DNA from: an uncultured Acidobacteriota bacterium
Lineage (GTDB): Bacteria > Acidobacteriota > Blastocatellia > RBC074
Assembly (NCBI GenBank): GCA_963796275.1
Contig: CAWCKY010000003.1
Location: 64,001-128,000 of the forward strand
DNA length: 64,000 nucleotides
Direction of reading: 5' to 3'
Every line of letters begins with the position of its first letter. Position 1 is the stretch's first letter. Under the pieces are notes generated by a model that searched no databases, was not told the DNA's origin, and saw only the letters and a program-made list of their open reading frames with translations. Position numbers and translations under genes: made by a program. Shown here one piece after another: positions 58,791-64,000 of the stretch.

Positions 58791-60500
58791 TTAAGGTTTC
58801 TCCTGCGGTTCCATCCAATCAGTCCTTGGCGTGAACTGTTTGGTCAGAGGATCGACTTGAACCACAAATGCGCCAATGGCTCCAATTCTGCGATGGGGTC
58901 CGAAACTGATGGGTGGTAAAACTTCTGTATTGAAGTTCTGTATCTGTTCGAGCGCCGAACCAAATGTCGCGCGACTCAGGCGTCTGCCGCTCGTTTTCGC
59001 CGCTTCGACGAATATCTGGACGGCCGCGTAGGAAATCGCGCGAAATGCGGCATTTCGTTGCGGGTTTTCGGGATCGCCTGACTTCATCATCGCCCGCTCA
59101 AATGCGGCATAGCCCTCCTTGCCCGGGAATCCGCCGGGATGCGCCAGATACAACTGCCCCACGAATTGCGCAGGCAACTCGAACGCGCCTCGACCGGCCA
59201 TCGCCGTTGCACTCAATACCGGGATTTTTAACCCCGCACGTACCATCGCAGCAGCAAGCATCTTCAAGTCATCCTGCGCCGCAAAAAAGAAGAGCGCTTG
59301 AGGCTTCGCCTCACGTAATCGATTAATCGCCACAAGTGAAGAAAATTTTCCCGCCTGCCAATCAAGTTCTGCCGCGATTCGGATTGAGTGCATCTTTGCC
59401 TGCGTCTTAACGCCGAGGGCCGCATCGCGGTCAAAGGTGTGGTCGGAATGGAAAATGGCGATAGATTCACCGAACTTGCCGGCCCTGGCAAAATCGACGA
59501 GGACGCGCGCCTGGACAGTCAGGTCTGGCAGTAGATAGTAGACGAATGGATTGGCAGTCGCCGCCGGCGGCGAGAGCGTGATCGGACCGATCAATGGGAC
59601 TTCGGCATTTTTGAGCAAGCCATCGGTCTCGCTCGGGCCGGCGGGAGCGAAACTGCTGATGAGCGCAAAGACCCGATGCGTTTCCAATAAACGAGCGGTG
59701 GCTGCCGCCGTCTCCTCCGGCTCCCCGCGCGAATCCTCAACTACCAGTTCGATTCGTCTCCCGAATATTCCACCGCGTGCGTTCTGTTCTGCCAATAGCG
59801 TGGATAACATCGCTCGTATATCTTCGCCGAGCGATGCGAGAGGGCCGGTCAATGGAAGCGCGGAGCCGACCTTGATTGCTGATGCCGTTACACCGGGATC
59901 GTTGTCAGCCGCTAGGCCGATAACTTTCAGGTAAGCGATTAGATCGCTCATCTGATCATCGCTCATCCTGTATCTGGGCATGCCCTGGTGCAGCTTGGCT
60001 CCCCGCACTTCGGTTCCGTCAGCGATGGCGCGTTTGAGCGAGGCCTCGTCATATGCCGGTCTCATCTTTCCCGAAAATGTAGCGATGCGCGGCGAGGCCA
60101 ACATATCCCAGGCGATCGGCGGCGGCTGCAATCCTCCCTCTTTTCCGCCCAACCCCGTCAAGCCGTGGCAATTGGCACAGGGAAAATTTGAGGAGGGAAA
60201 CTCGAAATCATCGTCCCCCAGCATCGCTTTGATTCCGTCGCCGCCTTTTCGATAGATGTTTCGTCCGCGAACCTGAGCCGGCGTCAATGACACATCCGCT
60301 TGCGGAATAAGTCCGCTATCTTTCGCATGCGAATGGGAAGCAAAAAAAACAAGGAATAAGAAGGCGGATTGCAAGTATATCCGTCGGGGCAGCCCTGTAT
60401 GTCTGCCCCGGGCTCGCTGTATCGTCACTCCTGGGCAGCAAATGACACGCTGATCCGCCCCCGCGCTCCTTTTTGTCTTTTTTGCCTCCCTCTTTTTCAT
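58791..60500 (-). CDS. Cytochrome c / type I periplasmic binding protein fusion
   Basis: CANCH heme motif with distal MPRY, followed by a LivJ-like domain (IKVGSALPLTGPLA..G..NARGGIFGRRIELVVED). Confidence 0.88.
   Translation of the reverse strand: MKKREAKKTKRSAGADQRVICCPGVTIQRARGRHTGLPRRIYLQSAFLFLVFFASHSHAKDSGLIPQADVSLTPAQVRGRNIYRKGGDGIKAMLGDDDFEFPSSNFPCANCHGLTGLGGKEGGLQPPPIAWDMLASPRIATFSGKMRPAYDEASLKRAIADGTEVRGAKLHQGMPRYRMSDDQMSDLIAYLKVIGLAADNDPGVTASAIKVGSALPLTGPLASLGEDIRAMLSTLLAEQNARGGIFGRRIELVVEDSRGEPEETAAATARLLETHRVFALISSFAPAGPSETDGLLKNAEVPLIGPITLSPPAATANPFVYYLLPDLTVQARVLVDFARAGKFGESIAIFHSDHTFDRDAALGVKTQAKMHSIRIAAELDWQAGKFSSLVAINRLREAKPQALFFFAAQDDLKMLAAAMVRAGLKIPVLSATAMAGRGAFELPAQFVGQLYLAHPGGFPGKEGYAAFERAMMKSGDPENPQRNAAFRAISYAAVQIFVEAAKTSGRRLSRATFGSALEQIQNFNTEVLPPISFGPHRRIGAIGAFVVQVDPLTKQFTPRTDWMEPQEKP
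60383..60464. repeat. Degenerate REP-like inverted pair inside the 5' end of the cytochrome c-SBP gene
   Basis: GTCGGGGCAGCCCTGTATGTCTGCCC ... GGGCAGCAAATGACACGCTGATCCGCCCCCGC resembles GTAG-type REP doublets. Confidence 0.5.
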
Positions 60501-62518
60501 CCTTTGACCTTGACTTTGATCGACGGCAGTTTCGCAAAACCTGCGCCGCGCGACTCGATACTTATCAAAATCTGATAAAGACCAGGTCGTGGAAAGCGCT
60601 GCGTGATTTCATAAACACCAGGGTGTACCTCGACTGCCCATTGCCGTTGCTGCCAGCCATCCGGCGGCTCAATGACTATGGCGCGGACGTCTCTCAGCCC
60701 GCTGAGCGGTGCACGCGTCGCCGTATCAGTAACTTTGAATTGAAACTTCACCGGATCACCGGCTTTGTGGTCGCCGTCAGCGGATAAAAACTCTACGGCG
60801 AGCGCGAGCGAGGGCGGAGCCGGTTTGGTTGAATTTAGCGTGAGCGGGAAACAATGTGTGATGCGCGGCTGATCGATGAACACGGGAACAGCGAAAGCGC
60901 CGGAAGAGGAGATTTTCACCGGAACGGAATAGACGCCGGCCATGCTCTCCGCCAGGCTGTTATCGAGGATCATCAATGCCAGCGGCGCGCGTTTGTAATT
61001 GTCGAACGTGCCCATCGGGGCCATCATTCCTTCGCTGTAATAATAGATCGTTCGATCGGCCGGATTGGCGATCATTACCGAGTTTTCTTCGGGCGTGGGC
61101 GCCATCATTGCCGCCACGCCCAGGTGAAGAGGCGCCGCATTCGGAGCCTGGCGGCCAGCCTGAATATCAACGCCATCGAGCTTCCCTCGGCGGACCTCGG
61201 CCAGGTCGAACAGCGCGAATTTCTCCGAACCCAATCGCCGGACATAGGCATAACGCGCGGTAAACGCTACCTGGTTCGGCTGGCCGCCGACCGGAGCTTC
61301 AGCCGTTATGGTGTTTATCGCCGAATCGAGGACGGAGACCGTGCTTTCGATCTGATTGACGAGGATGGCGTATCGGCCATCAGGTGAGAATCCCAACTCC
61401 ACCAGTCCGCGTTTAGCCGGAATCACAGCCACGATCTTTTGCGTTTCCGGATCGATCGCCGAAACCGAGCCCCCATTGAGGCCCGCCGTGTAAAAGAGCC
61501 TGGCCGCAGCGCCATATGCGACAGTCACCGGAGTTTGCCCTACCGGCAGGTCGCCAAGCTTCTTCATCGTTTTGAGATCGATGAGCGAGACGGTGTCGGA
61601 GGCGCTGTTAGTGATGGCTGCGTACCGGCCGTCAGCGGTCATCGCCACATTATGCAATCCCTCACCGATGGGGACGACGGCCACTCCCCTGTATGTCAAG
61701 GCATCGATTGCGACTGCACGCGGAGCCTCATCGACAGCGACCCAGACGTGGCGCCCGTCAGGGGTCAGTTTGATTCGCCGCGGTTTTCCTCCCGTTGGAA
61801 TAGTAGCCATCAGTTTCCGATCGACCAGATCGACCACGGCTACCTCCGATTGATCGGGCATAGTTACGAACAGTGTGCGCCGGTTCGATGCGAGAACCCA
61901 ATCGGCGCCGGCGCCCGGCAGGGGTATGATGCTCTCAAGTTTCGTCCGGCCGAATCGGAGCAGCGGGTTGATAATGGTGATGCTCTTATCGTGATTGAGC
62001 GTCAGCAGGCGGTAGCTGTTCAGATCGATGTCGGAGTTGATATTGAACTTGCCCAAGAGCCGCGAACGAACTATCTCGCGGCATCCTTCCTCAGTCACTG
62101 GAGCCGCCGCGGTTTCGTGCGGTACGATCCAGGCTCTGGGACGCAGATTGCTCAATGGTTCTTTACTGCTGGCATCGGTGATTCGCAAAGTGAAGATCGC
62201 ATTGTCGCTGTTGGGAGAGGGTTGAAGAGACATCTCAAGCGCAACCCCACCTTTTTCGAATCGCTGTGGCGGCTGAGTCTTGGTTTGTGCCACTACTGCG
62301 ATAGCGAACAGGTGAGATGCCAATAAGCTAAAAAGACAGAGTGACGGGGCGAGGCGGCGACGAGGGGACGGGGCGATAGGGCGACCAAGCGACAAGGAGG
62401 CAAAGGGATCGGGGGAGAAAAGGCTTCTTGCGAAGAATCTCCTTGTCTCCTCGTCGCCCTGTCGCCCTATCGCCCCGTCCTTCCGCCCCCCCGTCCAATT
62501 GTCTACTTGTCCCTTCAT
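60497..62518 (-). CDS. YncE/cytochrome d1-like beta-propeller protein with Ig-like terminal domains
   Basis: YVTN-type repeats (TPDGRHVWVA, NSASDTVSLID, SPDGRYA), YYYSEGMMAPMG and a YtkA/FixH-like C-terminus; ATGA overlaps with both neighbours. Confidence 0.88.
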   Translation of the reverse strand: MKGQVDNWTGGRKDGAIGRQGDEETRRFFARSLFSPDPFASLSLGRPIAPSPRRRLAPSLCLFSLLASHLFAIAVVAQTKTQPPQRFEKGGVALEMSLQPSPNSDNAIFTLRITDASSKEPLSNLRPRAWIVPHETAAAPVTEEGCREIVRSRLLGKFNINSDIDLNSYRLLTLNHDKSITIINPLLRFGRTKLESIIPLPGAGADWVLASNRRTLFVTMPDQSEVAVVDLVDRKLMATIPTGGKPRRIKLTPDGRHVWVAVDEAPRAVAIDALTYRGVAVVPIGEGLHNVAMTADGRYAAITNSASDTVSLIDLKTMKKLGDLPVGQTPVTVAYGAAARLFYTAGLNGGSVSAIDPETQKIVAVIPAKRGLVELGFSPDGRYAILVNQIESTVSVLDSAINTITAEAPVGGQPNQVAFTARYAYVRRLGSEKFALFDLAEVRRGKLDGVDIQAGRQAPNAAPLHLGVAAMMAPTPEENSVMIANPADRTIYYYSEGMMAPMGTFDNYKRAPLALMILDNSLAESMAGVYSVPVKISSSGAFAVPVFIDQPRITHCFPLTLNSTKPAPPSLALAVEFLSADGDHKAGDPVKFQFKVTDTATRAPLSGLRDVRAIVIEPPDGWQQRQWAVEVHPGVYEITQRFPRPGLYQILISIESRGAGFAKLPSIKVKVKG
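62340..62512. repeat. Inverted array of ~8-nt units (GGGCGAYR-like) in the 5' coding region of the beta-propeller gene
   Basis: Perfect 20-bp IR GGACGGGGCGATAGGGCGAC (62366-62385) / GTCGCCCTATCGCCCCGTCC (62461-62480), with degenerate flanking octamers. Confidence 0.8.
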
Positions 62519-64000
62519 TGCGGTCTCTCACTTACGATGGGCTGACTCTTTGGTCTGGTCTTCAGCCACGTGCTCGGACGTTCGACACGAAAGATGCCCC
62601 ATAGTCCATCCAGAAGCTGAAAGCTCTCCTGCGTGCGATAAAGATAATCGCCGGGGACGCTGAACCGGCCTCCCGCATTGGTCAGGATGTTGACGTGGCG
62701 GGCAGGCCCGATACCGCTGTCAGAGCCCTTGAGGTTGGCGCTGAAAGGTGCTGGCTCCAATCTGGTGGAATTCTCATTCCAGGGAGTGAGAAACCAGTTG
62801 TGACCGTAAACCGTAAACGCGTGCTGACGGGGATGGCCCGCCGGATGGACGATGCGGAATCGCACCGAACTTCCCGCCTCGGCCCGGAAGATTGGCGTCG
62901 CCGGATCGCATGGGATCCGCGCGCAGGCGTGATTGGTCGCTCTCGAACTGAATACGTTGGAAAGATCGAGGCTGCGAAGGGCATTGGCATCTGTGTTTGG
63001 TCCCAAACCGAGACGTCCCCAGATCGGCTCCATGCGATAGTTGAATGCCTTGCGGCCCGAATCCTCCGAGTCATCCGTCTCGTCGATATTGGGGATCGGC
63101 CTCCCATTCTGCTGGAGACTCAAGTCGTCCTGATAAAGGACCGAAAACTCGCGATATAGCCGCCTGCCTCTGCGATCGAATACATCGGCCGAAGCGCTGC
63201 TGTCAGCGTCTTCCCGCCAGGTCGTTCCTTGCGGTTCGATAATCAGCGAGCCGATCGCTCCGTGCGAGCTGTGTTTAATCACATCGGCCATGTCGCGCAG
63301 CGAGGTGGCCCCAAATTCGACCGGGACGTACTCAATAGCATCTTTTGTCGGATTGTAGCGTCGGTCTCCCGCATACCAGTTGAACGCCCGGTTCCTCCCG
63401 GGAGCGACAGTGGATGGCTGATTGAGCCCAACATTCGCACTATCTGCATTGAACGTCCGTACCCCGATCAGTTGCGGGTGCAGGCTGACATGGTTCGACA
63501 TGCGCACCTGGTTGAAGTTGAAGCCCTCGATGATCGGAGGAACTATGTTCCAACTCCAACTGGCCGGGAAATCCGGGCCATCCTCCAACTTCTCCGGCAG
63601 TCTGTTGCGGAGCGTGAGCTGTATGCAATCGTTCGCGGCGGCGCGCAGCATCAACGGCTCTGGGTCCCTCAATCCCTGTCGCAGCGCCGTCTCCAGCGAT
63701 CCCGGCGCCGTGATCGTAGTGGGATTGGCGCCCGGGCTCGTGAAGTAGCGCTCGGAATCCTTGATATATATGATCGCGTTCGGATCTTCGATCCTGAGCG
63801 GATCATCATTCAGGCGCCGGGCGCGGTACGGTAACGTCTTGTCCGGTAGCAGGTCGTGCGCCCGCCAGGCGGTCACCGTAAACTGGCGCAGCGGAACTCC
63901 GGGAGGGCAGGCATCGGCGGAGGCAGTGCGGGCTGCAGCAAAAGCCATCCGGCGCGACTTCTCCTGATGGAGCGGCGCCATCCTCCTCGCCTGATAGGAC
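62515..64000 (-). CDS. C-terminal part of a large multicopper oxidase (MnxG-like), partial
   Basis: Cupredoxin-type motifs EPLMLRAAANDCIQLTLRN, HVSLHPQL, KHSSHGAIGSLIIEP, HPRQHAFTVYGH and PGDYLYR..GLWGIFRV; frame is open to the window edge. Confidence 0.85.
   Translation of the reverse strand, partial: SYQARRMAPLHQEKSRRMAFAAARTASADACPPGVPLRQFTVTAWRAHDLLPDKTLPYRARRLNDDPLRIEDPNAIIYIKDSERYFTSPGANPTTITAPGSLETALRQGLRDPEPLMLRAAANDCIQLTLRNRLPEKLEDGPDFPASWSWNIVPPIIEGFNFNQVRMSNHVSLHPQLIGVRTFNADSANVGLNQPSTVAPGRNRAFNWYAGDRRYNPTKDAIEYVPVEFGATSLRDMADVIKHSSHGAIGSLIIEPQGTTWREDADSSASADVFDRRGRRLYREFSVLYQDDLSLQQNGRPIPNIDETDDSEDSGRKAFNYRMEPIWGRLGLGPNTDANALRSLDLSNVFSSRATNHACARIPCDPATPIFRAEAGSSVRFRIVHPAGHPRQHAFTVYGHNWFLTPWNENSTRLEPAPFSANLKGSDSGIGPARHVNILTNAGGRFSVPGDYLYRTQESFQLLDGLWGIFRVERPSTWLKTRPKSQPIVSERPQ

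Overview
Bacterial chromosome window, probably Acidobacteriota (inferred from the Oar-type TonB-dependent receptor, the split F0 atp operon and overall gene content). (1) 1-14946: right part of an integrative conjugative element (ICE) abutting the 3' end of tRNA-Arg(ACG). It has a rightward arm (virB2-B3-B4-B5-B6, orphan, xis, tyrosine integrase) and a leftward arm (lytic transglycosylase, orphan, virB8-, virB9- and virB10-like genes, then a MoxR-type AAA+ ATPase). The first ~2 kb is full of single-base frameshifts. No relaxase or coupling protein is visible. (2) 15040-17305: a ~2.2 kb AT-rich phage-like relic bracketed by a 27-bp duplication of the tRNA promoter. (3) 17454-55582: mostly core genes (TBDR, tlyA, PafA-type phosphatase, sigma54 two-component system, metG, tatD, yajQ, polyprenyl synthase, MurU/AmgK-like pair, asnS, arginase, ddl, atpIBE, cysteine dioxygenase, K+ transporters, ctaA, cofE). 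This stretch is interrupted by two tandem GT-C glycosyltransferase paralogues, each preceded by a metG 3' end, and by a serine-recombinase relic. (4) 55624-64000: a cluster resembling an MnxG-type multicopper oxidase (putative Mn oxidation) operon. Palindromes built from 7-8 nt units recur in intergenic and 5' coding DNA. All assignments come from motif reading by eye; no database searches were run.
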